Shown here piece after piece: positions 10,002-20,756 of a stretch of 64,000 nucleotides of DNA (positions are counted from its first letter, which is position 1; every line of letters begins with the position of its first letter). The notes beneath the pieces are model-generated. The model saw only the letters and a program-made list of their open reading frames with translations. It did not search any database and was not told where the DNA came from. The position numbers and the translations under genes are program-made. Source of the DNA: an uncultured Planctomycetaceae bacterium (GTDB taxonomy: Bacteria; Planctomycetota; Planctomycetia; Planctomycetales; Planctomycetaceae); the NCBI GenBank assembly GCA_963815195.1, contig CAWFGE010000015.1, positions 512,001 through 576,000 of the forward strand, given 5' to 3'.

Positions 10002-10516
10002 CTACAGGATCGACCCGAAGTCCAACCGGATCCGGCAGTCGTCACAGAGGGCAAACTCGTTGATATTGGCCGTCGACGTCGCGGTGATAGGCTTCGAGCG
10101 TATGCTCGTGGGGATCGACGATCAGGTAGTAGTCGACGCCGTGGTCCTGGTAGAGTCTGCGTTTTTCATTGCGGTCCCGCTCGGCGGTTGAGGGGGAGAG
10201 GATTTCGACGATCGAGAGCAGGGGGCTGCGTTACGTGCCGTTCTGGAACATCGCCGCATAAGATGAAAATGTCCGGGCGGACGATGGTATCATCCGAGAT
10301 GATCCAATCGACGTCTTGGAGGACCACGGCCTCGCATTTCGCCGCTTCGATTCCGTCCCAGAGTGCTCGGGTAATTCGGTAGGAATAGTTCTGATGTGGG
10401 CTAAAAGGGCTGGGCGTCATCGCGACTGGGACACCCTGCCAGAGTTCCCAATCTCCTTCCCATTGCTCATAGTCGGCACGGGTATAGTGCGGAATGTATC
10501 TGCGTGCTGTGCTCAT
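10002..10516 (-). pseudogene. Uma2 family endonuclease, two frameshifts
   Basis: YTRADYEQWEGDWELWQGVPVAMTPSP...VRPDIFILC, then a shift to IVEILSPSTAERDRNEKRRLY, then a second shift near 10055 to FALCDDCRIRLDFGSIL*. Confidence 0.8.
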
Positions 10517-10767
10517 GGCTTCCTCACCGGATGCTCGACCGAACGGAGAGCTCAAGACATTGCCGACACACACGTTGCGGCCGGTTCAAACCGCTCCCAT
10601 TATACCCGATCAGCAACAACAAACCGAGTAAACAGGGTGGGCACCATTGGAACCACCCACCAGCAGCAGGATGCGGTTCGCATGGCGGGAGTGTTGTTGC
10701 CCCGCGCTTCTGCCGGGGGTAAGATAAAGGGAAAGGCGAACACGAGGCTTTTCGAGGAGAACCTGGC

Positions 10768-10995
10768 GTGAATCGAATTACCGTCCACGAACCGCTGAAA
10801 GCGGAACTCGATGCTGCCATCCAACCTGTCGAGTTGATCGATGAGGCTGGCAGGCGGCTGGGCCATTTTGTGCCCGCGCGAATTGCCGCGCCTGGTGACG
10901 ATTGCCCGTACTCTGCGGAGGAGCTGGAGCAGATGCAGACGCAACGAGGCGGCCGGCCTCTCAAGGAAATTTGGACATCCCTGGGTGCGAAATGA
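10768..10995 (+). CDS. Putative antitoxin (small, weakly Phd-like)
   Basis: GTG start after GAGGAG. PVELIDEAGRRLGHFVP segment. ATGA overlap with the next gene. Confidence 0.7.
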   Translation: MNRITVHEPLKAELDAAIQPVELIDEAGRRLGHFVPARIAAPGDDCPYSAEELEQMQTQRGGRPLKEIWTSLGAK

Positions 10996-11252
10996 ATTAC
11001 ACCGTGGTCTGGAGACCTACGGCTGAGCAGGCGCTCGCGCAGATCTGGACTGACGCAGTCGATCGCCAGGCCGTCACCGATGCCGCCGATTTAATTGATG
11101 CCATGCTTGGTTCTTCGCCGCGCGCGGTTGGCGAATCGCGTGCGGGAGACACGCGAATTCTGACAGCCATGCCCCTTTCGATCTATTATGACGTCCATGA
11201 AGATGATCGCCTAGTCGCGGTCTGGGCGGTTTGGTACGTTGCAAGAAAATAA
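10992..11252 (+). CDS. Putative RelE/ParE-superfamily toxin
   Basis: MNYTVVWRPTAEQALAQIW...YYDVHEDDRLVAVWAVW fits the RelE/ParE fold pattern; translationally coupled to the upstream gene. Confidence 0.7.
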   Translation: MNYTVVWRPTAEQALAQIWTDAVDRQAVTDAADLIDAMLGSSPRAVGESRAGDTRILTAMPLSIYYDVHEDDRLVAVWAVWYVARK

Positions 11253-11449
11253 GAGGAAGCGTCCTATAACGGAGTCAACCAGGGTGGACGAGGTGTGAAG
11301 CAACCCATTAGAACGAGAGACCTTGTGGCCGAACCCTGTCCTCGGCCATTTCTAGTGAGGCAGACCGAGAGAGGTTTTAGGCAGGTCTGCATAAAGAAGC
11401 GTTAGATTAGGCGGCTTCGGTTTACTCAATAGACCGCGGTGGGTGACGT

Positions 11450-11734
11450 ATGCATAAGAAGCGTCAAATCGAAGAGCAACTTGAAATGATCGAGCAGCGT
11501 CTTGCTAACGCGGAAACATATGTTGCCAAGGGTGTGAATGTGGAAGGGTCTGCGTTCCTGCACTTCGATGATTGGAATGGCAACAGCGGCCACCCGTTGT
11601 GGATGAAAAACTTCATGATACCAGCCACGAAGAGAGCCCGGGCGAAGAAAGAAAAGGCTCTGGACACGATCGCAAACAAAGAACGGGAGAAGCGTCTCAA
11701 ACAACGCAGGAGTCGTAGAAACCACTCCGAGTAG
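11450..11734 (+). CDS. Hypothetical basic protein
   Basis: 94-aa ORF with helical termini and an FLHFDDWNGNSGHPLWMKN core; lower GC than the core genes. Confidence 0.6.
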   Translation: MHKKRQIEEQLEMIEQRLANAETYVAKGVNVEGSAFLHFDDWNGNSGHPLWMKNFMIPATKRARAKKEKALDTIANKEREKRLKQRRSRRNHSE

Positions 11735-11763
11735 GTAGGGTCGGCACCGCGCCCATAAGTCAA

Positions 11764-11830
11764 GTAGGGCAGGCTCCTGCCTTCCTCACTGGTTCGTTCT
11801 CCAGGGAAGGCAGGCGGGAGCCTGCCCTAC
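11764..11830. repeat. GTAG-type REP doublet
   Basis: GTAGGGCAGGCTCCTGCCTTCC ... GGAAGGCAGGCGGGAGCCTGCCCTAC. Confidence 0.7.
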
Positions 11831-12025
11831 GATTACTGCGTGAGCGTTATTGAGAAACTGTCTATCACGCCAAAAGAGGCATGACAAAGCGATAACCGGT
11901 ATCATTTGAGTTGCAGCGAAAACCTGCGTGCGCGTCAGGCCGCATATCTGCGGTCTACAGGCATTACGGAAGATCTTTTCCAAACACCAAGTTCACCGAA
12001 GAAAACCGCGTCTCTCGGAGGACGG

Positions 12026-12712
12026 ATGACGCCTCGCGTTCTGGTAGAGTTGTACGAATCTGCCGCCGACCCGCCCGTGCTGGCCGGAGTGGGTGACGTG
12101 GACTGGTCTGCGGTCACGCACGCCCACGGCCCCGCGACCGACGTGCCGGCGCTGCTCCGGGCAGCCGTGTCCGACGACCCGGACCACCGGGACTTTGCCT
12201 GGCAACTCCTGTTCGAGACGGTCTGGCACCAAGGAACGGTCTACCCGGCATCGACCAAAGTGGTGCCCTTCCTCTACAGACTGCTGGACAACGACGGCGT
12301 TCCCGACCAGTGGCAAGCCGCGCTATTACTCGCCTCCATCGCCGATGGCCACTCGGGCCTTGCCGTTCACGCCACGGATCCGCAGTCCGTGGAGATCTTC
12401 GAGCGGATCGCGGCGGAGAGGGGCTCCACGCTCGCCGAGGACATGGCCCGAGAGTTGGCGGACGTGGACGCGGCCCGGCAAGAGGTCCGCACAAAACTCG
12501 ACCTCTTGTATCCATACCTCCGCGATCCCGAGCCAAATATCCGTGCTTCAGTGGCAATTGCGATTGGCCACTACCCAGACATTGTGACTCGGGTGCTCCC
12601 GGACTTAAAAACTGTCCTCCGCGACGAGCCGGATGAGGAAGTTCAAGACGTCTTGCGAAAAGTCATTGCGCACGCCGAACCCGGCGCTGCACCTGACCGC
12701 AGCGGCGGGTAA
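12026..12712 (+). CDS. HEAT-repeat protein, cassette-like
   Basis: VDWSAVTHAHGPATDVPALLRA...LFETVWHQGTVYPAS, LRDPEPNIRASVAIAIG. ATG after GGAGGA. Stop lies inside an attC site. Confidence 0.75.
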   Translation: MTPRVLVELYESAADPPVLAGVGDVDWSAVTHAHGPATDVPALLRAAVSDDPDHRDFAWQLLFETVWHQGTVYPASTKVVPFLYRLLDNDGVPDQWQAALLLASIADGHSGLAVHATDPQSVEIFERIAAERGSTLAEDMARELADVDAARQEVRTKLDLLYPYLRDPEPNIRASVAIAIGHYPDIVTRVLPDLKTVLRDEPDEEVQDVLRKVIAHAEPGAAPDRSGG

Positions 12713-12771
12713 CATTTCCCTGAGGTCAACGCTCCACCCGCCGCCGAGGCAGGTGAGCTTTATGGTTAAAA
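12674..12771 (+). other. Integron attC recombination site
   Basis: R'' GCCGAAC, 5-nt spacer, L'' GCTGCACC; L' GGTGAGC, 6-nt spacer, R' GTTAAAA. L''/L' pair with one extra-helical G; inner stem GCGGCGGGT/ACCCGCCGC. Confidence 0.75.
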
Positions 12772-12911
12772 GGCTGCGTGAAACGCAGGAAGTCCGACAG
12801 CAAGTAGCCCACAAGCGGCAGAGAACGGTCCGCCGCTTGTGCGAATGCCCACTCCACGGAGATTTCGAAGACTCATGGGGCTGACGCCCCACGCCGCTTC
12901 TGGGCTCGGAA

Positions 12912-15370
12912 TCAATGCTGGAACAAGAATTCCTTCGTGTTCAGAATCGCCCAGCCGATGTCTTCTAATGCCAGTTTGCGGTCGCTGTTGCCTGCGATGT
13001 GGTGTTTGGCGGCTTCCAGTTCGGCGGCGTTTGGTTTGCGGGAGACCGCGGCGAGGTACAGCGTTTCCACGATCTCTTCGTCACTTTTATTCTCTTTGAG
13101 GAGGGCTGCGATGCGGCTGCCAGAGTCGCGGAGTTTGTTGTGCACGACGGGGCCGTTGATCATTTGCAGAGCCTGCGAGAGGTTCGATTCGCTGGAGCGC
13201 TCGCATTGGCAGGCCATCTCCCGCTGCGGCTGGCCGAAGACTTTGAGGAAATAGTTGTTCGTCGGCGGGTCGGCGAGTTCCACCGCCCGCGTGCCCGCCG
13301 GGACGCCGCCAAAGTTCTCGTTGACGCCGGTGACCTGGCAGATGGCGTCGAGCAACTGCTCCGCGCTCAAAAGCCGAGTGGCGGCGTGCGAGGGATAGAT
13401 CTCGTCATCGGCATTGAATTTGTTCGACCGCGAGGAAAGCTGATACGTCTGGCTGGTCATAATCGTGCGGATGGCCCACTTCCGGCTGAAGCCCTGCTCA
13501 ACGAATTGCTTCGCGAGTTCGTCCAACAGCTCCGCGTTGGAGGGCGGGTTGGAATCGCGGAAATCATCGACCGGTTCGACCAGGCCCCGGCCCATCAGGT
13601 GGCCCCAAATCCGGTTGACCGAGGCTTTCGCGAAGAAGGGATTGTCCGTCCGCGTCAGCCACTCGGCGAACACATCCCGGCGATCCTGGTCGTCGGGGAC
13701 TTGGACGTCGCCTTCGAGCAAGAGATGCACGGGCATGGTCTGGCCGGTGCGGGGCTGTTTGATCTCGCCGGAGGACTGCGCGAAGATGATTTCCTCGTCG
13801 GGGCGGGGGCCTTTCTTGCGGCCGATGCGGGCAAACGCCGCCGCCACGCCGTAGTAGTTGTCCTGCGACCAGCGCTCGAACGGATGGTTGTGGCATTTAC
13901 GCACTGCATGCGGATGCCCAAAAACAACTGGGCCGTGGTCTCGACCGAATCGTTGGGGTCGCGGCTGATTCGCCAGTAGCTCGCCGGCGGGTTTTCATAG
14001 ACGCTGCCGCTGGCGGTGAGCAGTTCGCGGGCGAACTCGTCCAGAGGCTGGTCGTGATACACGCTGTCGTAAATCCAGCGGTGAAACTTTTGCACGCCCG
14101 CCGATTGCAGCCGCTGGCTTTTCGAGCGGAGCACGTCGCTCCACTTGAGCGTCCAGAACTCGGCGAAATCCCGGCTCGCCAGGAGTTGGTCGATGAGCTT
14201 CGCGCGTTTGTCGGCGCGATCGTCTTTGAGGAAGGTTTCGGTTTCTTCGATCTTGGGCAATCGGCCGCAGGTGTCGAGATAGGCCCGGCGGAGGAACTCT
14301 TCATCGGTGCACAGGTCCGAGGGCAGAATTTTGAGTTGTTTGAGCTTGGCGAACGACAGGTGATCGATGAAGTTGGCTTCCGGCGGATTGTTCCAGGCGA
14401 AGCCGGGGACGTCTTCGAGGAAGGTGATTTCACTGGTGGCCATGCGGCCGAGGTAGCGGCAGAGGATCGCGGTTTCCCCGCGTCCGCCGCGCTCGACAAT
14501 GCCCTCGGGCGAGACCGTGCCCACGCTTTCGTTGGAGGAGCTGAAGCTGGTGAGGGCCGTCAGGTCGCGGGTTTTTCCATCGCTGAAAAAGCCGGTGACC
14601 TCAAGCTGCTGGCGGTCGGCCCCGGGTTGGAAGATGCGTTTTTTGGGATAGACTTCAATTTTGATTAAATTCGGCACATCGGCCGCATCGACCTGCATGC
14701 CTTCGCCGATCCAATCGCGGAGGACCGTGTAGGCGGGGCCGTCTTGTTTGAGGCGCCGGCCGCCGCCGTGGGCGACTTTCATCAAGCCTTTGCGGAGGAT
14801 CAGGCTGTCTTCGGGGGCGAGGACGTTGGTCCGCCGGCCGTAGAATTCGGTGCGGAGCGTGAGCAGATCGAGTTCCGGATCAAACCCTCTGAGCGACAGC
14901 CGAAATCCCGCTTTCCCCGAAGGCGAACCGTGGCAGGCGCCCATATTGCAGCCGGCTTTGGTGAGGGCCGCGAGGATGTCGTTTTTGAAGCTCACCGGAG
15001 CGGGCGCTTCCATCGCCGAGACCGTGACCTCGGCGACGGCTTCCGAGTTATCCAACTTGACGTGCACCTGGGCGCTGCCGTTCGCCACGGGAAAGGCCAC
15101 GCCATTTTCCACGCGGACCACAGCGGGATTGGAGGAGGTGAACTCTACAGTGCCCGTCGCGTCCCGCCGGTCGGTGTCCGAGAACACGCTGGTGACGACA
15201 AGCTGCTGCCGGGCGCGTTTGCCGTGAAGCTCAAACTTCGCCGGCTCGACCGCGATCTTGGCCGGCCCCGCCGCGAACGCGCAGGAGGCAAAGAGCACAA
15301 AGGCCACAAGGCTCAAACCGCCAAACACGTTCCCGCGCCGGGACGGAGCGTTCACAAAAAACCGTGGCAT
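12912..15370 (-). CDS. DUF1549/DUF1553 protein with Ig-like (BIG2) domains; frameshift near 13903
   Basis: GCNMGACHG, DEEFLRRAYLD, LGIRMQC / KCHNHPFERWSQ, VNRIWGHLMGRGLVEPVDD, ending KEFLFQH. Confidence 0.9.
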
Positions 15371-15410
15371 GGGATTCTCCATTTTGCTGTGGTTCACAGG
15401 GTCTTCCGAT

Positions 15411-17765
15411 CTACGGGGTTTCGACGGTGACGGTCACGGGGGCGGACGAGGCGGCGAACTTGGCTTTGCCTTGGGTGGCTTGTCCCTCGGCGGTCACATT
15501 GTTCGCGCTTGCGGGCCCCGCATCTTTGGCCGCGGCAAGTTCCACTTCCACCGACGATTGGTCGGCGGGGATCGTGGCGTTCGCGGGGGTGACGCCGGCC
15601 GGCAAGTTTTTGAAAGTCACTTCCACCGCCCCGGTGAAGGCGGGGTTTCGCTCCACTTTCACCTGAATCTTTTGCTTGCCTTCCGGCTTGAATTTGACTT
15701 CCGCGGGTTCGATGGCGAGCGTGTAGGCTTTGGCAAGCTTCACCGACAGCGAAGCCGCGGGCTGCTTGATCGTCTGGTTGCCTTTTTTCAATGTGCCGTC
15801 GAGCACCACCGTAAACTCACCCAAGGGGGCTTTGTTATTGGCGGTGAGGGTGATCTCGATTTCCTGCTGATCTTTGGGGATCGGCTTGAGCGCGGCCGTC
15901 ACGTTCGCCGGCAGCCCCGGGACCGGTTTCGGTCCGCCGTCGTTGATATTGGTCACCGCGAGGGTGATCGGTTCGGTGTAATCCTTTTGACGGGTGGCGA
16001 TGACTTTGAAGTTCGCCGTGAGGTCCGGCCCGAACGTGATCTCCGCCGGTTCGGTGCGGAGCGAAAACGGAGCCGCGGGAGAGACGCCCATCGCCAGATC
16101 ATTGAGCAGAGTTTGAGGCGGGTAGGGCATTTGATTTGTCTTGGCCTGGAGGGCCACCGTCAAATCGGCCGCTTCCCGGACCGGCTTGCCGGCGATGGTC
16201 GCTTCGCCCACGATTTTCAGACTGTGCAGCGAACCCGGCTTCGCGGCGCCGGTGCTTTTGAGGCACAGGTTAACGCCTTTCTGACCCGCGGCGACGACGG
16301 TGGGGCAAAGGGTGACCCCCTCGGACAAGCCTTCCGCGCGAATCCGAATCGCGTCGTTGTAACCGGATCGGCGGACGACGATCGGCAGCATCGCCACGCC
16401 GCCGGCGGGAACGTTCAATGTGTCGCTGGCCGCTTCCAATGTGAAACTGGGGACGCTCTCCGACACGGCGATCCGATACGCAAACTGCGAACCGCCCCGG
16501 CCCAAGAGATCTTCCACGGCGAGAGTAAAATCGCCGTCGGCGGGAAACGTCGCATTCAGCACGGCGTCTTCCGTGCCATTGTCATCGGCTTCGACGAGCT
16601 TCTTCCCGGCCGAGTCATAAAGCCTGAGCACCAAGTCCGCGGGTGAACCCTGGCTGCGAGTCACCGCGGCGAAGGTCAACTTCTGGCCTTTTTTCCCGGC
16701 GAAGGTAAACCGGTCCATGTCGCCAGGCTCGTCCAGGCGGCCGTTGAAATTCGCGGCCAGGTTGACTTTCTGGGACTGCTCGGGCGTGCTGTTGGGCTCG
16801 GTTTCGAGGACTTCCTCCGCATCGCCCACGCTCACCGTTGCGAAGCCGCTCGCGGAACCGCCCGCGCGTTTTGCTCCGACCGTGAGCCATTTCACGTTGG
16901 GATCGGTGGGAGCGGTGAGATTCACAGGCTCGATGTTTTCCAGATCGGGGCCGGCAAAGTTCAGCGACACCGGCTTGCCGCGCTGGACGCCGAGCGGATA
17001 GGGCACATTGACGCAGGGAAACTCGCCCATCCGCAACCGATAGATATGATTGCCGCCGCCTTGAAATTGGATGTCCCGCACTTCCAGAACATATTCCCCC
17101 GCCTCGGCGAAGGTGTGGCATAAGCGGGCGTCGCCCAACAGGCCGGGGGAATCGTCGTTGTAGGCGATTTCGGGGCCGTCGGCTTTCAACAGCCGAATCA
17201 TCGGATCGAGAGCCGACCCCATCCGCCGGGCCAGAACTTCGATCGAAACCCGCTGCCCGGCCTCCGCCTTGAAGCGGTAATAATTCAAACTCAAGTTATC
17301 CACCGTGCCGTCGGCCGCGACCGGCAGCGTCACCGCCTGAGCTTTCTCCGGCGACTTATTGGCGGAGTCTTGGGGGACCGAAGGCAAATCATCGACCACC
17401 ACCAACCTGAGCGGCGACACGCCCGTCGGCGTCACCACACGCACGGCTCCGACGCCTCGCGCATTCGCGGCGGCTTTCACGCGGAACACCACGCGGTCGG
17501 CCTGTTGGCCGTTGTCCTTCACGTCCGGAGCCAACGTGACCTCGGCGGGAAAGCTCGTCCACAGGCTCGTCGCCCCGGCGAGGTCTTTGCCCGTGATCGT
17601 CAGGTCCACGGCTTCGCCCGGACGCACGGCCCGCGGCGATGTCCCGGTGATTTCAGGTTCCGCAAACGCGGCCGATGTCCCGGCGAAAACACCGAGCAAA
17701 AACAACAGAGCAAAACGGCCAAAGGGCAGGGCGGGGCTAGGCAATGGCATGGGGCGGTATCTCAT
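15411..17765 (-). CDS. Secreted PPC (pre-peptidase C-terminal) domain protein, planctomycete type
   Basis: Signal peptide; repeated YRFKAEAGQRVSIEVLARRMGSALDP and ETEPNSTPEQSQ...GDMDRFTF motifs; lies directly upstream of the DUF1549 gene. Confidence 0.85.
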   Translation of the reverse strand: MRYRPMPLPSPALPFGRFALLFLLGVFAGTSAAFAEPEITGTSPRAVRPGEAVDLTITGKDLAGATSLWTSFPAEVTLAPDVKDNGQQADRVVFRVKAAANARGVGAVRVVTPTGVSPLRLVVVDDLPSVPQDSANKSPEKAQAVTLPVAADGTVDNLSLNYYRFKAEAGQRVSIEVLARRMGSALDPMIRLLKADGPEIAYNDDSPGLLGDARLCHTFAEAGEYVLEVRDIQFQGGGNHIYRLRMGEFPCVNVPYPLGVQRGKPVSLNFAGPDLENIEPVNLTAPTDPNVKWLTVGAKRAGGSASGFATVSVGDAEEVLETEPNSTPEQSQKVNLAANFNGRLDEPGDMDRFTFAGKKGQKLTFAAVTRSQGSPADLVLRLYDSAGKKLVEADDNGTEDAVLNATFPADGDFTLAVEDLLGRGGSQFAYRIAVSESVPSFTLEAASDTLNVPAGGVAMLPIVVRRSGYNDAIRIRAEGLSEGVTLCPTVVAAGQKGVNLCLKSTGAAKPGSLHSLKIVGEATIAGKPVREAADLTVALQAKTNQMPYPPQTLLNDLAMGVSPAAPFSLRTEPAEITFGPDLTANFKVIATRQKDYTEPITLAVTNINDGGPKPVPGLPANVTAALKPIPKDQQEIEITLTANNKAPLGEFTVVLDGTLKKGNQTIKQPAASLSVKLAKAYTLAIEPAEVKFKPEGKQKIQVKVERNPAFTGAVEVTFKNLPAGVTPANATIPADQSSVEVELAAAKDAGPASANNVTAEGQATQGKAKFAASSAPVTVTVETP

Positions 17766-17930
17766 TCGAGGGGAGACTCGAATTTTTATCTGTTAAGGTG
17801 GGCGACGATTTGTTGCTCAAATCATCGGGACGGTCGGAATGATGAGGGAAAGCAACTCATGTAATTGTGTTGATTCTTCCCGGGAAGAGCAAGCGAACGA
17901 GGGGGGAAATCCCAATGACCATAGGGCTTT

Positions 17931-18088
17931 GGCGAGCGGCCGGCGTGAGCCGGCTGATCGTGTCCGACTGCTTCGCTTCGCTTTGTTGAAGATGTGATTG
18001 TTGTGATCTCTTCCTCCATGCGATTGTTGTGATCTCTTCCTCCATGTGATCATGGGGCTGACGCCCGGGCTGACGCCCCACGCTCGCC
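17931..18088. repeat. GGCGAGC-family REPIN with an internal 26-bp tandem duplication
   Basis: GGCGAGCGGCCGGCGTGAGCCGGCTGAT ... CATGGGGCTGACGCCC(GGGCTGACGCCC)CACGCTCGCC; GATTGTTGTGATCTCTTCCTCCATG occurs twice at about 17995-18046. Confidence 0.75.
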
Positions 18089-18090
18089 GC

Positions 18091-19533
18091 TTAGAAGTCG
18101 CCGCCTGCGCCGCCGCCCACCCAGCCGCCTTCGGGCTCCGCGAGCAGGCTGCGGTTTTCGAACCGCATCGATTGCGGAATCCATGTGAGGCCGACGATGC
18201 CCGTGGGGCCGTTGCGGTTTTTGGCGACGATGAGGTCGGCTTCGCCGGGACGTTCGGAGGGATCGTAAGCATCGTCGCGGTGCAGGAACATCACGAGGTC
18301 GGCATCTTGCTCGATCGCTCCGCTTTCCCGGAGGTCCGCGAGCTTCGGGCGTTTGTCCGTCCGCAAATCCACGCCCCGGTTGAGCTGGGCCAACGCGATC
18401 ACCGGGACCGACATCTCCTTCGCCAAAAACTTGAGCCGGCGGGCGATCTGGGCGACCTGCTGCTCGCGGGGGGCGCGCTTGTCGTCGGGTTCGATAAGCT
18501 GCAGATAATCGATGACGATCATCCCCAGCCCGTAGCGGTTTTTCACCCGCCGGCAGATCGCCCCGATCTGGGCCATGTTCCGGCCGGGGTAGTCATCGAT
18601 GTAGATGGGCATTTCGCTGAGGCGCGACGAGACCTTGAGGAGTTCCAGCGTCTCGTGCTCTTCGAGTTCGCCTTTTTTGAGCCGGAGCCCGTCGAACTTG
18701 CCGAAGATGCACAAAAACCGCTCGGCCAGTTCCAGCTTGGACTGCTCCAGGCTGAAAATGACGACGCCGCCGCTGGGGTGTTGACGTTTGGGGGATTCCT
18801 GCTGGATAAAGCGTTCGTGGGCATCGACGGCCACGTGCCGGGCGAGGTTACAGACGAAGGCCGTTTTGCCCATGCTCGGCCGGGCGGCGATGATAATGAG
18901 TCCCCCCGGCTGAAATCCGCTGGTGAGGCCGTCGAGCTGATCGAAGCCCGTCCGCGTGCCGCTGATCGACCCGTCGTCCGCCACGCGGGCATGAATGCCG
19001 GTCATCGCATCTTCGAGGATGTCGCGGATTTCGAGCGACTGCGTATCGCCTTCGTTGTCGAGGATCTGAAACACCTGCTCCTCGGCATGGGAGAGCAGGT
19101 CCTCCGTGTCGGCCGAGTCCTCGTTGATCTCTTTGAGGATGTTCGTGCACGCATCCCGGAGGCTCCGCCTCACGAACTTGTCGCGGACGATCTCGGCGTA
19201 ATAGCGGGCATGCGCGGCGTGGGGGACCGTCTCCAGAATCTGCCCGATGTAGGGGGCCCCGCCGATCTGCTCGAGTTCCCCCCGGCGTTCCAGTTCGGAG
19301 GCGACGGTCACCGCATCGATCCCGCCGATGGTCGTCTCGGCCAATTTGAAGATCGCATCCGCAATGCGGATATGGGGATCGCTGTAGAAGTGGGCGGGTT
19401 GAATCAGGTCCGCCACGTCGTCGATCGCATCCTGCGAAAGCAGCATGCTGCCTAACAGCGACCGTTCCGCGTCCAGATTCTGCGGCGGCAAACCTTCGTA
19501 AGCGGGTTTCGACTCATCCCGGGATTTGCTCAT
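18091..19533 (-). CDS. dnaB: Replicative DNA helicase
   Basis: PPQNLDAERSLLG, AARPSMGKT, IDYLQL, AQLNR, DLRESGAIEQDAD, AKNRNGPTG. Confidence 0.98.
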   Translation of the reverse strand: MSKSRDESKPAYEGLPPQNLDAERSLLGSMLLSQDAIDDVADLIQPAHFYSDPHIRIADAIFKLAETTIGGIDAVTVASELERRGELEQIGGAPYIGQILETVPHAAHARYYAEIVRDKFVRRSLRDACTNILKEINEDSADTEDLLSHAEEQVFQILDNEGDTQSLEIRDILEDAMTGIHARVADDGSISGTRTGFDQLDGLTSGFQPGGLIIIAARPSMGKTAFVCNLARHVAVDAHERFIQQESPKRQHPSGGVVIFSLEQSKLELAERFLCIFGKFDGLRLKKGELEEHETLELLKVSSRLSEMPIYIDDYPGRNMAQIGAICRRVKNRYGLGMIVIDYLQLIEPDDKRAPREQQVAQIARRLKFLAKEMSVPVIALAQLNRGVDLRTDKRPKLADLRESGAIEQDADLVMFLHRDDAYDPSERPGEADLIVAKNRNGPTGIVGLTWIPQSMRFENRSLLAEPEGGWVGGGAGGDF

Positions 19534-19626
19534 GAGAGGGCCTTATCCTTCGAGCCAATCAGGCAGTCGTCACGAAACCAAAATAACAACACCGGACAGG
19601 AGAACCTGTCCGGCGGGATTTTTGTA

Positions 19627-19687
19627 AGCGGCACGGCGGCTCGCCGCCGGTCTTTTGGACGGAACCGGCGGCTGGCGCCGTGCCGCT
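19627..19687. repeat. REP doublet (AGCGGCACGGCG family)
   Basis: AGCGGCACGGCGGCTCGCCGCCGGT ... ACCGGCGGCTGGCGCCGTGCCGCT; a single arm also occurs at 36628-36650. Confidence 0.65.
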
Positions 19688-19694
19688 CAAGACC

Positions 19695-20198
19695 CTACGC
19701 TGTCGCGGCGGGGACGACCCAGACTTTGACCTCGGCTTTGGCCTTGGGATGGAGTTCCACTTTGACCGTATACATCCCCAGTTCTTTGAGCGGGCCTTCC
19801 AGCTTGATGTGCTCCGGCTCGACTTCGTAGCCTGCGGACTTGAGCGCGTTCGCGATGTCCACGGCCAGGATCGAGCCATAGAGATGGCCTTCGTCGTTGG
19901 CGTTGGCTTCCAAGGTCACGCTGTATTTGGAGATGGCTTCCGCCCGGTCGCGGTAGGATTTGACCTTTTGGACTTCGAGCTCGGCCAGTCGCTGTTTGTG
20001 TTTTTCGACCATTCGCTTGTTGTGCTCCGTCGCGACGGTCGCCATGCCTTGGGGCAGCAAATAGTTGCGGGCGTAACCCGGCTTCACGCGGACGATGTCG
20101 CCCTGTTTGCCCAGGGACGCGACGTTTTCGGCGAGGAGCACGTCGACGGAAGTCTTCGTGCTGCCGCCCACGCCGGAACGATTGTGTTTTCTACCCAT
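19695..20198 (-). CDS. rplI: 50S ribosomal protein L9
   Basis: LGKQGDIVRVKPGYARNYLLPQG, GHLYGSI. Confidence 0.97.
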   Translation of the reverse strand: MGRKHNRSGVGGSTKTSVDVLLAENVASLGKQGDIVRVKPGYARNYLLPQGMATVATEHNKRMVEKHKQRLAELEVQKVKSYRDRAEAISKYSVTLEANANDEGHLYGSILAVDIANALKSAGYEVEPEHIKLEGPLKELGMYTVKVELHPKAKAEVKVWVVPAATA

Positions 20199-20246
20199 GA
20201 TCTCGAAACTTTCCACTGAGTTTTTTTGTGCGTCGAATGGCGATTG

Positions 20247-20756
20247 TTAGAACGGCACGTCTTCGTCGGGAAGATCGCCGGAGGGAGCATCATAAAAGGA
20301 ATCGGCCGGGCTGCCAACGTCCGGGGAAAACTCATCCTGGCCCGAAGGACCGCTGGAGTTGGACTGCGGCCGCTGTTGATAACCGCCGCCTCCGCCTCCA
20401 CCGCCTGAGTTCCCATCGTTCCGCCCGCCGACCATTGTCATGTTTTCGCAGACGACTTTGAGCTTGCTGCGGTTCTGGCCGGTTTCCTTGTCTTGCCAGG
20501 TATCGAGCTGCAGCCGGCCTTCGATCAGCACGCTGCGGCCCTTGGCGAGATATTCCCCGGCGATTTCCGCCTGCCGGCCCCAGACGGTGACGTCCACAAA
20601 GGTCACGTCTTCTTTTTTCTGATTGGCACTTTTGTCGAACCAGGTCCGGTTGATCGCCAGGCCCAACTCGGCGACGGCCGTGCCGCTGGGGATGTATCTC
20701 ACCTGCGGGTCGCGGGTCAGGTTGCCCATCAGAATGACGCGATTGAAACTGGCCAT
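20247..20756 (-). CDS. ssb: Single-stranded DNA-binding protein
   Basis: NRVILMGNLTRDP, acidic tail DEDVPF. Confidence 0.98.
   Translation of the reverse strand: MASFNRVILMGNLTRDPQVRYIPSGTAVAELGLAINRTWFDKSANQKKEDVTFVDVTVWGRQAEIAGEYLAKGRSVLIEGRLQLDTWQDKETGQNRSKLKVVCENMTMVGGRNDGNSGGGGGGGGYQQRPQSNSSGPSGQDEFSPDVGSPADSFYDAPSGDLPDEDVPF

Noticed and set aside
10613..10700. Second full attC site
   Set aside because: The outer 8-bp inverted ends match but the L boxes do not pair; kept only as a weak hint.
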